This document shows, piece after piece, positions 34,101 through 46,100 of a DNA stretch of 64,000 nt. The stretch spans positions 1,860,001 through 1,924,000 of the forward strand of contig NW_024704761.1 of NCBI RefSeq assembly GCF_018977255.1, read 5' to 3'. The stretch comes from Callorhinchus milii. Lineage: Eukaryota. The notes below the pieces were generated by a model that did no database searches, had not been told where the DNA came from, and saw only the letters and a list, made by a program, of their open reading frames with translations. Made by a program: the position numbers and the translations under genes. How positions within the stretch are numbered: the first letter of the stretch is position 1; the number at the start of each line of letters is the position of its first letter.

Positions 34101-36780
34101 TGCGCAAACCATTTTCATCATTAATTCAATAATAAAGACAACGTTTCCTCACAGTTTCTATTTTCCCGTTCCCGTTGAGCGCATTCACAAGGTCCCCAGC
34201 TCCAGATGTTTCTTTCCCGTCCCTGGTTCATTCTTCGTTGCTCACACCTCCTTTACCAACACACCACCCGGCCACCGACCTCGGTAACGCTACATACGGT
34301 ACCCAACAACACCCGTTCTTACCAAAGTGAAAGAGTTTCTTCGCATTCCTTCTGAAGAAGGTCCCAGTCGCTCGCGCAGTCACCACGTCTGCTCCTCGCC
34401 CGATCAGTTCTCTGACCAAACTCACGTTCTCATTTGCCACCGCGATGTGAAGTGCCGTTTCCCCTGATAAACAACCAAACGACAAGGTCACAGCCTGTGG
34501 ACAATAACAACAGTCCTTGCATTTGATGTGGCGCTTTATCACGCGGCAGTCAGTCCTATACCTTCATACATCTGGGAGGTGACCGGCACGTTGATGAGCT
34601 CTGGAGCGGCTTCGAGAAGTTCCGTTGCCACTTCACAATTGTTGTAGAGCACAGCGACGTGTAAGGCCGTCTCCCCCATCACTCCTACAGAGAGAGGAAC
34701 AGGCAACCTGTTACATTCCTTTCAACCGCTCGGTTACCGCTGACTTGCTGACGGAGTCCCTGTAGGGTAATGGTTAACGTGCTCGCCTCGCAAGGTTCAA
34801 TTTCCAGGCGGGGAGAAACCACAGGTAGTCACCAAATCTCAGGCTTTATAGACAAGAGGACTGACTATAAGAGCGAGTAGGTAATACTGGGTATTAGAGA
34901 TTAAATATTGAACTTGACTTCAATATTTGAAGTTGCAGTTGGAGTCTTGAGTTTGGTTTTGAGCCCATGACACATCGACACGAGAGTCCTGGAGAGGACC
35001 CAGCGGAGTTGACGAGGCTCATATCAGGGAAGATACTTTATCGCTATGGAAAGAGGCCTGAAAAGTTGGGAATGTTTGGATGTAGCTGAGAGGTTCAAAA
35101 GAAGTTTTCAAAAGTCACGAGTATCTTTAATAGGGAAAGAGATTAACCTCTGTGATCGATGAGGAGGGAGCAGGGAATGGGATTAGAGTAGACAGCTACA
35201 GTGGGGGAGCGAGCACCAGCACAGATGTGGTGGGTGGATCGAGCAGGTTTGACCAGTTCCAAGTTCCCTCATCTTCTCTTTCACCACTTTGTCTCTAATG
35301 TGATAACTTTCCCATGACATGACTTATCGCTCCTCATCGGGCTGAGCTGGGGTTTTTTTGCCTTGTTTTAACAATCCTGTACAAACAGTCCTACATTAGC
35401 AATTAGCTTCCTGGCTCTGACATTTGCAGTGAAACCCGTCAAGAGTAGGAATGACTCAGGGTCGTTATGTTGCAGGAATGACACGGTTTGGGGAGATGCT
35501 TCCCTGTTATTTCTGAGCTGCCGGTCAATCTTAAAACATTTATCAAGTTAGGTCCGCTAGGCTGACACTCCATTACAGTCACACTCACACACTCTGATTA
35601 CAAAGGTCAACAATATATTCCTTCATTGCATTTGATATAGTGCTTCTCATGTCTTCCGGACGTCTCAAAGCGCTTCACAGAATATACTGTAAAGTGAATT
35701 GACTGTTACGTTTTATGGGCGAAACGCGGCAGCCAATTGCATCTCTCACCTTTTTCAAAGAGATCAACTGTGGGACATTCAAGGAGCGTTTTAACAGCGT
35801 CCACATCATTCTCTCTGGCAGCCAAAAAGAGAGGCGTCTCACTGATCCTATGGGGAGAGGCCAGCGGTAAGAACAGCAAAGAGCAGCCATCAGCAGCCAG
35901 ACCATCAGTACAACAATTTACATCGATACCCTCCTGTGTTGCATTGTCAGAGGTGCTGTCCTTCAGTTGAAATCCTGGGCTGTCAAACCCCCAGAAAAAG
36001 ATGGAAGAACAAATCATCATCTGCTTCCCGTCGGCTTCTCATTATAGACTTTGCAGGTTTGGGATCGGGATGCCATCCGATATTCGGGAGTCCCGAGACA
36101 CAATTACCCCTTTAAATTAGACATTAAACCGAGGTCCCGTCTGCCCATTCAGGTGGACGGTAAAGATCCTGTGGCGCTATTCAAAGAGGGAAGAGAGTTT
36201 CTCCCTCCCAGAGTCATAGCCACTTTCTGAAGGAGATTGATGTTTTGTTCACCAGGTATTAGTTTGTCAAGTCTTAACAGCCCGTTTCACCAACGATTAT
36301 AGGAACTATGTTTGTTTTACATTGCCACATACATCCACATTCTCCCTCTTGTTGATCAATATATTTCCTGAATTTCTCCAGTTCCTTGTTTCACATCGTA
36401 ATCACTTGGGATGAGAGCCACATCGATAACACCACATATGCAATCGATTTGATTCTTTATGATACCTGGCCTGTTACAGCTGATTGTTGCTATAATTATG
36501 ATTATTATTGCAGTTCCCATATTATTATGTCGGAATATTGGGAAATAGCAGCGACTGCCAAACACCGAAGGGAAGATGTGATTCCGAGTCCAGGGAGCGC
36601 AGACCGGCAATCGCTGGGGAGATCAAGAGTAAAGCTGCTGTGAACTCACCTCTGGTTCTGCAGCAAGTGAAGCTTATCAATTCTATCCTGTAGCTCTTTC
36701 CCGGGCTGTAATCTGCAGCTCAGCTCCCTGGCAAACCTGGACAGGATCTCTCTCCCTCTCCCGGACAGGAATCCCGGCAT
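28139..36780 (-). CDS. TRPV5/6 (ECaC)-subfamily cation channel, divergent paralog B; 15 coding exons, 701 aa
   Basis: Exons (minus strand): 36780-36650, 35847-35750, 34684-34562, 34463-34323, 33645-33547, 33379-33213, 32575-32426, 31995-31783, 31317-31231, 30762-30686, 30174-30009, 29598-29532, 29229-28961, 28744-28638, 28349-28139, totalling 2106 nt with an open frame. Begins [16 protein letters not shown]...LHLLQNQR|[12 protein letters not shown]; filter [11 protein letters not shown]; TRP region NRNRIYRAQ. Same intron positions and phases as paralog A. Confidence 0.95.
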
Positions 36781-37388
36781 TCCGCTCCCAGGGAAAATAA
36801 AACGTGTATCCTTCGGGAATCCTTTTCACTCTTTGATCAGGAACCAGGGAGCCAGGTAATCAGAGGCACCAACCATCCCCTCCCACACTCCCTCCTCCCC
36901 ACGGACATGCCCCCTCACCCCCACACTGCTGCTCCTCCCTCTACACTGCCACACCTCCTCCCCCCCATCCCCGCCCCACACCGAGAAATCTTTGCCAGAG
37001 TGTAAAGACCCGCCAGGTATCAAAGAGTTAACGGAGGCCAGTGGGTGCCTGAGTCCCGACTGCTCGGCACAATCCCAATCCGGAGACGGGAATGAGCTCT
37101 GCTGGAGAGGCAGTGCCAGGCGTCCCTGCGTCCTGTCTCAGCGTGAGAGCGACGCTGGGACCAGACAAGCCAGTGAACAATGTGACACACAGCGAGTGAC
37201 CGAGTGGCACACACGCCCAGACATGGTGGCGCGGCACAGACGGGCGAGCGAGGCAGCTCAGTGACCACAATAACAATAATAATTATAATAACCACCAGAG
37301 GCTGAGAGCAACCGTCACACTCACTGCCAGGAAACACACTCATGCAGCAAATCTGAGAAAGGTTTACACTCTGCAGATCATTTTTCCA

Positions 37389-37394
37389 TTTTAT
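37389..37394 (-). terminator. Putative polyadenylation signal of the TRIM65-like gene
   Basis: TTTATT on plus, about 920 nt downstream of the stop and about 600 nt upstream of the TRPV-B ATG. Confidence 0.45.
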
Positions 37395-38309
37395 TTCGTT
37401 TCAGCCTGGCTCAGGCGGCAGCACTCTCGCCTCTGAGACAGAAGGACATGGGGTTCGAGCACAGAAACAAAGTCCGTTCGGCCCCACTCGTCCAGGCTGG
37501 GGTCAGACGGACAGCGGCGGTGGTCTGCGCAGGTCCGTGCTGCTTGGTGACGTGGAGACTTCCTCGAGCTCTCGTTCCCCGATAAAAGGCAAAATCCAAC
37601 CCCGAAAGAAGCCGACGGTACGTATCGCGTGTCACCGACAGTCCCGTTGAACACAGCGAGAATCGTTAACTAGTGATCTGATCTCCCAAGGGTCTGCAAG
37701 GCCCCAGTTAATGCTCCCCCCGGGACCGGGGGCCTGGGTCGTCCTGTTCCAGCGACGATGTTATCAAACTTCATGAGTCCAGTCCGAGGTTGCTGTCGCG
37801 CGGGTGCAATGAGGGTGGGAAAGGCTTCAACACCCGATTATCTTCTCTGAGGACCTGTTTGCCACCCCAGTGAGCACCTCAGTGTGACGCTCGGACCACA
37901 GACCAACATCGTCGCCTGCTGACAGACCGGGGGCATTGCATGTACTGCCATCTCTTCCCCTGTTCTCCTCCTCCCTCCGCCCCACATGCGACTCAAATCC
38001 CCGTGTACACAGAGCGAAGTGTTAAAGGAGGTTAAACGCCGCAATAACAACAGGTAAAATTAGGCACAAGTGTTCAGACTGAAACCATTAACCCTGGATT
38101 AACTTTACATTCAGTTGCCAAAGGTATGGTTGCAAAAAAAAACTCTTGCTTGCCCCCCCNCCCACCAACCGCACCTCCTCACCACAAACGCTCAACTCTC
38201 CCTCGATACCTCCATCCGTCTCCAACCCATCACCAAATACCCAACCCCCACACACGCCCGCCCGCCCACCCACCCACCAGCCCACATGCCCCAATCCTTT
38301 ATCCAGGCC

Positions 38310-41300
38310 TCACTTCAGCTGGGTGAGTGACACTGTGACTCTGTCACCCACCCACAAGGCAGGGTACAGGGGCTCCACAAACACCGAGTCAAACCTGTGG
38401 ATCAGGGTCATGGTGTCGGTGACGCCATAGAAGGAGACGGTGCCTGCAGTGCAGTCCAGGAACACACCGACACGCCCATACTCGGCCGGGCTCAGTTTGG
38501 TTTCATGGCCGTTGTGCCAGGCAGAGTAACTCTGGCTAAACAGCTGCACGGCCCAGGATGCCCCGTTCTTCCCGATCCGGGATTCCTCCTTCCGTTCGAT
38601 CGTCTTGTAAGCGACCCCCACGAACACCCACTGATCGCTGAGCTTCATCTCCCAGTAATGCTGGCCCTGAGCAAAGCCCTGTGAGCACAGCACCTGCCAC
38701 TCGCTCTCAAAGCGCTCTGGGTGGGCAGGGCACTGCTGCTTTTCCTTGTGCGAGACCTTCCGCCCGGCCTTGGACACAGTGAGGGATTGGTGAGCAGTGT
38801 TGGCATCAAAGGTGAGCTGGCTGTAACCTGCAGGACACACCACAGATTATTACAGGACGGAAGGGAACTAGTGCCAGTGACGTTAAACTTATACAGTGAC
38901 ATCCCCCCACCACCCCTAACCCGGAGGAGAACTCCTGTAGCTCAGTGGTTAGAGCACTCGCCTTGCAAGCCAAGAGGACATGGGGTGGATTGCCGGGCAG
39001 GGCAAAACATTTGGCAAGTTGTCCTTACTCCACGCATCACTGAGTACATGTGTCACTGCCAATGACAACGGGTTCAGGCTGGGCCGCGATGCCCCGATCT
39101 CAGCTCTCGCTGCATTTGTAAGACAAGAATTTCAACTTACTGTGCAGGAACTTGCCCCTGATCTGCAGGTCGATGGGCAGAGACCGGTTTGGCCCAGCCT
39201 CACACCTCTCAGCCACCTCCGGACCTGAGAAAGTGAATTACATTGAAGAGGGTCACAATTGTGTATAATACAATTCTGTTCCCAGTTTTATGTAAAACAA
39301 ATACTTTTGATGAGCAATGTTATAAAACCGCACAGCTTGCCATTGAGAGCACTGCCTGGCAAGCTTTACCGCTGCTTGTCCAGCTCGGACCATCCTATTC
39401 ATTAGGGCTTTGCTTGCAGGGTTAACAGGAGCGGAGTGGGATGACTCCTTGTCCCAGTGACTGGTCTGCCCTTCCAGATCCTGTGGGTGAGTCAGGCTGG
39501 GCTGTGGTGTCATCAGTGGTGCCCTGCAATACCACGGACCCGTCTGGCTCAGGAACCGGACTAGAGACCATTGTAGAGGGTGGGCTCAGTTTCTCAGCTC
39601 AACTCTGTTTAGTCTCTCTCTCTGGTGTGTGATGGCCTTTCTGCTCTGGGCTGTGTTGGGGTCAGTTGTAGGGAGTTGGTGTCTAGTTGTGCCGGAGACT
39701 GAGATGAAAACCCACGTGACAGCTCAACGACACGGGAGCACCAGGGATCGGCATGTGGGGGTCTGGCAGAACCTCACCAGGAATCTCCTCTGCCCGCTCC
39801 ATTTGCCGGGACACTCCCTGCAGGTCTTTGTGGATCAGTTTGGAAATTGCCTCAAGTGCCTTCGTCACGCCTCCTAGCGTGGTGTCCAGGGCGAAGTCAC
39901 AGGGCACCCACACGGGCTCCTCACCCATCGCTTTCCACGTGTTTGTTTCCTGAGAGAACTGAGGCCGGGGGTAGCATATCAAGACACACGCACACACAGC
40001 AGAGAACACATAACATGATACAGTACAACATCACGTAGGGCTTCTGAGTCTCAGCGTGTCTTCACTGAAATGTGACTTGGGTGCATGGATGACTGAGGGG
40101 AGTTTCCCTGTATTGCGGGCCCTTGGCTCTTGCCAGCCTGCGCTTAATATTTTCCGGAATTAGGGAAGCAGGAGGGGTCCCTCCGGAGAGGGGGAGAGCG
40201 CGCATTCCATTCCAACAAACCCCGGGTATGTCCGTGTGTAGGTGCGATGCACGGACTCTTCGGAGCACGGCGGTGGGTTTCCACACGTGTCAGACGGACC
40301 GAAGCAACAGTACGGTAATTGAACCTGAATAGTTTTAATGGTGTGACCGACCCAGCGTCGGCGTGATCGCCCGGTCACCTGTATGATCTGCAGGGCGTCA
40401 CTGCACCTCAGGGTGGCTTCGAGCTGCTGTTTGCTGCGGCTCAGCCCGGCTTGCCGCTCCTCCAGCTTCTGCAAGACGCCGTCCGCCTGGCTCAGCGCCA
40501 TCCGTTCCTCGCGCTCTATCAGCACCGTCACCTCTGCCCCAGCCTCCACCAGCGCCCGAGCCAGCACCCCCAGCTTGTTCACGTAGTTCGTCTTGGCCTG
40601 AGAGGCCGAGCCCTGAGGGGTAAACCCCGAGAGAACAGCGACGGTCAACAATGCTCATACCTCCCTGCTATAATAATAATAATAATCCTTGCATTTGACA
40701 CGGCGCCTCATCACGTCTTCCGAGACGTCTCAAAGCGCTTCACGGGATACACCGTACAGTGAACGGACTGCGTATTGTGTGGACGAAAGATATTTGCCAG
40801 CAACGCTGGGCGCGACGCTTGGCTCCCCTCCCCGCGCCCCCTGGCCTCCCCTTCCCAAACCCGCAACGGCTCACCTTGACGGCTTCGACCCGCTCTTTAA
40901 TCTCTCCGATCGTCCTGTCGGTGCTCTTCAGCTGTCGCTCCATCTCCTCGTATCTCGCGATGAGTTTCTTCTATTTTTCACGACACGGAAACGGTGTCAG
41001 TGAAACCAAACAGCCGAGCGCCGCTTAATAAGAATCACAACCATAATCCTTCCTCCTCGCTGCTTGTGCTACTTGAAAAGAGCGTCCGACAAACTGCCGT
41101 GGATTGAGTGACCAAATTATCATTATTATTAATATTATTATTGTTTCGTAGTTTTTTTTTGGTTAAGACACTATTTACTCCTGGAAAGCCATCCGCCAGT
41201 CGTCTCAACGACTGGGGGCCACTACTCACTGCTGGACACGCAGAGGCACGTGGAGCAAAGGAAACTTGCCTCCCGCTTCGCCCGGCCCGAGAGACGAACC

Positions 41301-42073
41301 CGCCCGCGGGGCGAGCGAGCGAGGGGGGTGCCCTGTGTCAGAAACGCCCGCCGGCCCCGCGATCAGCATTCCTGCGTCTCCCCCGTCCAGAGGCATAACA
41401 AAACATTGACGGGTTATGTGGGGGGGTGGCGGGGAGCGGGGTGGGGCCAGTTGAAATGGAGGGAGGGCAGAGCGGGTGGGGGGGGGGGGGCCGGGTGCGG
41501 CCCGCGGGCCGCCAGTTGGGCCACCCTGAATTATTATCATCGTCAGTACACGGTGGTGGGGGGAGTGTGTACCTCCTGCAGTGTCTTCTCCTCCCCCAGG
41601 ATGGCCAGGTCGTGCCCCCGGTGCTGGGTGGCGGCACAGGCCGAGCACACGCCGAGCCGGTGGTCCCTGCAGTACAGATCCAGGGCGGCGCCGTGCGCGG
41701 GGCAGCGGGGGCCCGGCTCCGGGCCCAACTCCAGGCCCAGGCCCAGGCCCAGGCCCGGCTCCAGGCCCAGGCCCGGCTCCAGGCCCAGGCCCGGCTCCAG
41801 GCCCAGGCCCGGCTCCAGGCCCAGGCCCGGGCCCGGCCTCCCGCCGCGCCGCCGCCATCCCTCCACCACCTCATGCAGAGTGACGTTCCGGCTGAGCGGC
41901 AGCGGCCCCGCGGGGAAGGCGCGGCGGCAGGTGGGGCAGTGCAGGCAGCCGCCGGTCCGCTGCCGGTCGAAGGCGTCGTGGATGCACCGAGTGCAGAAGC
42001 TGTGGCCGCACGGCACCGTCACCGGCTCCCGGAACAGCTCCAGGCAAATGGCGCACGTCAGCCGCTCCTCCAT
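38310..42073 (-). CDS. TRIM65: Tripartite motif E3 ligase (RING, B-box2, coiled coil, PRY-SPRY), TRIM65-like; 6 exons, about 534 aa
   Basis: Exons 42073-41573 (MEERLTCAICLELFREPVTVPCGHSFC...CPTCR; B-box CPAHGAALDLYCRDHRLGVCSACAATQHRGH), 40970-40875 (96 nt), 40612-40379 (234 nt), 39949-39778, 39224-39141, 38827-38310 (LTFDANTAH...GQHYWEM...EPLYPALWV). The domain call is firm. The symbol rests on position next to MRPL38-FBF1 as in human 17q25; TRIM47 or another TRIM16/25-class paralog is not excluded. Confidence 0.8.
39325..39612. mobile_element. About 290-bp unclassified dispersed repeat
   Basis: Modules GCTGCTTGTCCAGCTCGGACCATCC and CTGGCTCAGGAACCGGACTAGAGAC recur at about 33880-34075 (inverted), 50430-50635 and 60775-61033. 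Confidence 0.6.
41711..41838 (-). repeat. Coding 18-bp VNTR, (EPGLGL)n, in TRIM exon 1
   Basis: GGCCCGGCTCCAGGCCCA units on plus; translates GPGLGLEPGLGLEPGLGLEPGLGLEPGLGLGLGLELGPEPGP. Confidence 0.9.
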
Positions 42074-42097
42074 CGCCGCTCCTCCATCGCCGCGCCC

Positions 42098-42325
42098 GGC
42101 GGGCGGGTCTGTGCGGGTGACACGCCCCCCGTTGGGCGGGTTTGTGCGGGTGACACGCCCCCATTGGGCGGGTCTGTGAGGGTGACACGCCCCCGTTGGG
42201 CGGTTTTGTGCGGGCGACACGCCCACCGTTGGGCGGGTTACACGCCCCATCGGGTGATTTTGTTTCACGCCGCCCCGCCGCCCGTTGGGCGGGTTTGGAC
42301 GGGTTTCACGCCCCCATTGGGCGTG
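42098..42325. repeat. About 31-bp GC-rich minisatellite immediately upstream of the TRIM ATG
   Basis: About 7 degenerate copies of GGGCGGGTYTGTGCGGGTGACACGCCCCC(G/A)TT. Confidence 0.85.
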
Positions 42326-43004
42326 TTGGTGCTGCACTGGTGACTGTGTGTTTTTGTAGGTGAACCAGAAACCCAATGTGCACACAGCGATGTTTACAAA
42401 CAGCCACCGAGGCAAACAGCCACTTTTATTTTGCGGGGATCTGTTCGCCCGGACAGCGCGAGAGAGAAACTCCTTCCTGTATTCCAATAGCGCCATTAAT
42501 GCACTTCACAGCGTATCCCGGGAAGCGCTTCGAGACGTCTCAAAGACGGGATAAGGCGCTGTAACAAGCAATATATTATTATTATTATTATTTCATCTTG
42601 AACCTCCGACTGTACAGGCAGATGGGACATCAGGTTAATCTCTCATCCAAAGGATGGCACTTCCGAGAAAACTACCCCTGCCCCCCACTCCCCAGCACTG
42701 TGCCACAACAACAACAACAACAACAAAATTACAAAACTTGGTGATGCTGGAGTGTCAAAGTCCAGGTGCGATGCTCGGACCCGCAGTGTTCTGACTCCGC
42801 AGGGAGAGTGCTCCGCGGAGCCAGGCTGACACACAATTCCTCAGTGTATTGAGGGATGGGTTTGAAACCCTAAAGAAAAATTCAGTGCTCTTTTGTCACC
42901 CAATCCACAGTCAGGACCAACACACACAGGAGACAGAGCGCAAGTTATCTCATGGGCACATTCCCATCCTCTCCAGGCCATAATCCCAACGTATTATAAA
43001 AATA

Positions 43005-43010
43005 TTTATT
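43005..43010 (-). terminator. Putative polyadenylation signal of MRPL38
   Basis: TTTATT on plus, about 120 nt after the stop. Confidence 0.6.
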
Positions 43011-43130
43011 TTTGTTCAATTGCAGGAGGTTTTGAGAAGGTCATATCAAACGTCACTGAAGGAGCAGACCTGACCTCGGGCCTCAGCCTCTGCCATGAGA
43101 GTCGGGGTCGGAGCGGAAGCTGTTGTGGGA

Positions 43131-46100
43131 TCAGTAGATACCATAGGTGGGCTCGTGGGTGTCCCTGTACCTGTCCAGGTAGCGCAGGGGCTGAGCGTGT
43201 GGGTACTTCCTCTGAGGTGGGTGGTAAACTGGAGGGAAATCATACTCAAAGATAGGCTCCTTCATATCTGTCAGGAAACACAAGCAGTGATTTTAGTCCC
43301 TGAAAACACACCCATCCATCAAATCTCCACATCCTTTTTAGTATTTCCATGACTGTACTCAGCTCGGTCAATCCTCAACTGCAACTCTCCCAAATCTACA
43401 GTCACACACACTTTCACTGAGTCTTATTCAGCTCCACCACTTGGACTGTGGCTCCATTCACAAACACACGCCCCCCTCACACAGACATTAACAAGGTGGA
43501 AGACATGGAAGATGTAACTAACGGTGTCTTTAAACTAGAATTCAATCCTGTATTCGCAGAGACGCTTACCGAGAAGTGTATGGAACGTGTTTGTGACAGA
43601 CTCGTCCCAGGGACATTGGAAGAATGCCAGTCCAGCAGGTGTCATCAAACCCTGGTGCTTCTTGTAGAAATCAAATGTCGTAAAGGTTCTCCTCTCCAGG
43701 TTATGACTGTAAATAAGGTGGGCACAGGTGAGGCACCTCCTGCATCTAGTCACACACATACACCTCTAGTTATTCGTACTAATCAAGGAAACATATACAG
43801 CTCCCTACAGCCACCCATCAGCTACACAAGCCTACCTTAGGTACAAGCACTGCTCTCTTACCATGGGGAGGGCCTACAGTCTTCCTTGAAGTCGATGCGT
43901 TCATCTTGTTTGAATAGGATGAAAATGAATCGATGGTATCCGGTTCCTTTAGCGGGGAAAGGGGGGAAATAATGGCAGATTTCATCTCCTTCCCGCACAG
44001 AATCCCCAGGAATGTTGCCTCTGTAGAAACACAGAGATGGAAACATTCAGACAAGTGACATCCTGGCTCACAGTTACTCAGCCACTGCGGGTAGTGAAAG
44101 GCTCCGGTGCAGTCAGGTAAATTAATTGCAGTGTAGTGCAGTGAGTACAGTACAGTGATGCTGAGGTCAGAAAACTGGAGAGAATACCGTTAGTTAGTCT
44201 GTTTGAAAAGAAACTCAGGGAAAAACCACACACTTACACAAGCCAATGGACGTACTCAGATTCATCCTCTTTCAGGTGGCCGTCTGTAATCAGAACAAAG
44301 AAACAGAGAATCACCATCAGACGTTCAACACAATGACAAAACCAACAGGGCAGTGGGACTGACTGAACGGCTTAACAGTGGCGGAGCCCGATGCCGAGCC
44401 AGGGGTGTACAGACCTGGATTAGTCAGGAGAAGAGTCCACAGAGACCCCGCTTCCGCTTCGAAGGACACCTCAGGAGGAGCCGCTGCCTGAGAACCACAC
44501 AGACAGAACAAATGAGCTACAGTGACATACGTCTCCATCAAAACCCTTTTTATCTTACTAAGTTACAGCAGGAAGAAGATCTAACTTTTCTCACTCATCT
44601 AATGATCGCTCCTAGCTCATTCCTTGACCCTGGGGAATCATCCTTCCTGTTCTCCTTTGTCTTGTTTCTAGGACTTGCTAAGCCCCATTATGCATGGCGA
44701 CCAGAATTCTATGACCAATCTAGGTGGTCAGACTAGCCTGAGAATGACGTCTGGGGATCTGAACTCCACCAATTTGGTTATCTAGCTGAACAGGAACAAC
44801 AACAACAACAACAAAATTATATCTGTGTAACATCCTTCACGTCAGGAGGGAGTCCCAGGGCACTGCACGTCAATGATTTGGACTCAAGCTGATGCCTCGT
44901 GCATCCCATTGCTGTCTAGTGCAGTTGGAAGTATAAAGGGCTGTTCACACAGGCACTGCACTGGCCATTGCTGGGCTGGGAGTCCCTGGCTTGACGGGCG
45001 GGCACTATCGTACCTCTGTGGGAGTCACCACGTTCCCGTGATACACTGGCACAAGGTCCTCACTGAGTTCGTACTGAACGCGGAGCATCACACGTGGGAC
45101 GAAGGTGGCGCTGCGGAAGAGATCTCTGTAAACTCCGTAGTGCTCACTCAGGGTCCTTAGGTGGTAAGGGCCGCAGGTTTTCTCCCATTCAGCTTTCACT
45201 TTATCCAGAGAAATCAGCACTGTAGAACAAAAGATTTTACCACGTGGATTAATGGAGGGAAGGCTCCTCTCTCTCTCTCTCTCTCTCCCCTCCCCACTGC
45301 GGGCTGCCTCTTGCACCTGTTTTGTGTCAACAGGCTTGATGCCTCTCCTCAGTTAGTGATGAGATCCCCTCCCACCCCCCACCCCAATCAACGTACATGT
45401 CCTGTGCCTTGCCGCGCTCTCAAGGTCACTGTTTCTGCGATTCTCCTTGATTATGTCTCTCCGTTCCTTCCATTCCTTCCTCCGTGACCCTCTGAAATGA
45501 GGCAGACCAATGTCAATCTTCTCTGTACCTGAAAAGAGAGAAATACATGGAAAATATTGATGGGCGGCGGACTGTCAGAGCAGCAAATGACTGTATAAGC
45601 TGAGTGACTGCCACAGCCAGCCGAGTCTGTCAGCTAACTCTCTCTGGGTTTGCTTCGGAATTACACTGTAGTTTACGGGGCCAATTACGATCATTTTTCA
45701 TCATTTGACCCTAGGCTGGGTCACTTGCACTCACTGTATCAAGGTCAGGAGATTCTCTCTGACCTTGACACAAACTTGCACCCCAGGAAGTGAAAGATTA
45801 GTACATTTTCAACGCTCACTCCGCTTCTAAACACTCGCAAATAATAATCCTTGCATTTGACATGGCGGCTTATCACGTTTTCGAGACGTCTCAAAGCGCT
45901 TCACGGAGTATACTGTAAGCTGAACTGACCGTGTATTTTGCGGGCGAAAGGCGGCAGCCAATTGCACACAGCGGCGTCCCACAAACACTCGTGGAATGAG
46001 TGAATAAATTATTATTATTTTTGAAGGGATTATCAGTTACGTCCTCCCCCGGCTGAATCCTACTCACTTGGCTCCTGGACGTACTGCTGATACGTTCTCC

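Noticed and set aside
16881-36780. Hypothesis that the divergent TRPV genes are pseudogenes
   Set aside because: All 30 exons keep frame and GT-AG sites, indels are multiples of 3, and substitutions appear compensatory.
38932-39000. tRNA-Ala(TGC)-like sequences (also about 15398, 17300-17375, 22620-22690, 46855-46926)
   Set aside because: They are SINE heads: no proper acceptor stem, and they run into SINE body sequence.
39600-39698. Possible extra TRIM exon after a good acceptor at 39699
   Set aside because: No phase-compatible strong donor before an in-frame stop; exons 4 and 5 already join in phase. An alternative truncating exon cannot be excluded without RNA data.
41250-42343. 309-aa and 305-aa plus-strand ORFs
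   Set aside because: Antisense shadows of a GC-rich exon and VNTRs, with no recognisable domain.
42074-42496. N-terminal extension of the 317-aa TRIM exon 1 ORF
   Set aside because: It starts in SINE-derived sequence and runs through a stop-poor GC minisatellite. The ATG at 42073 directly precedes the RING, as is typical.
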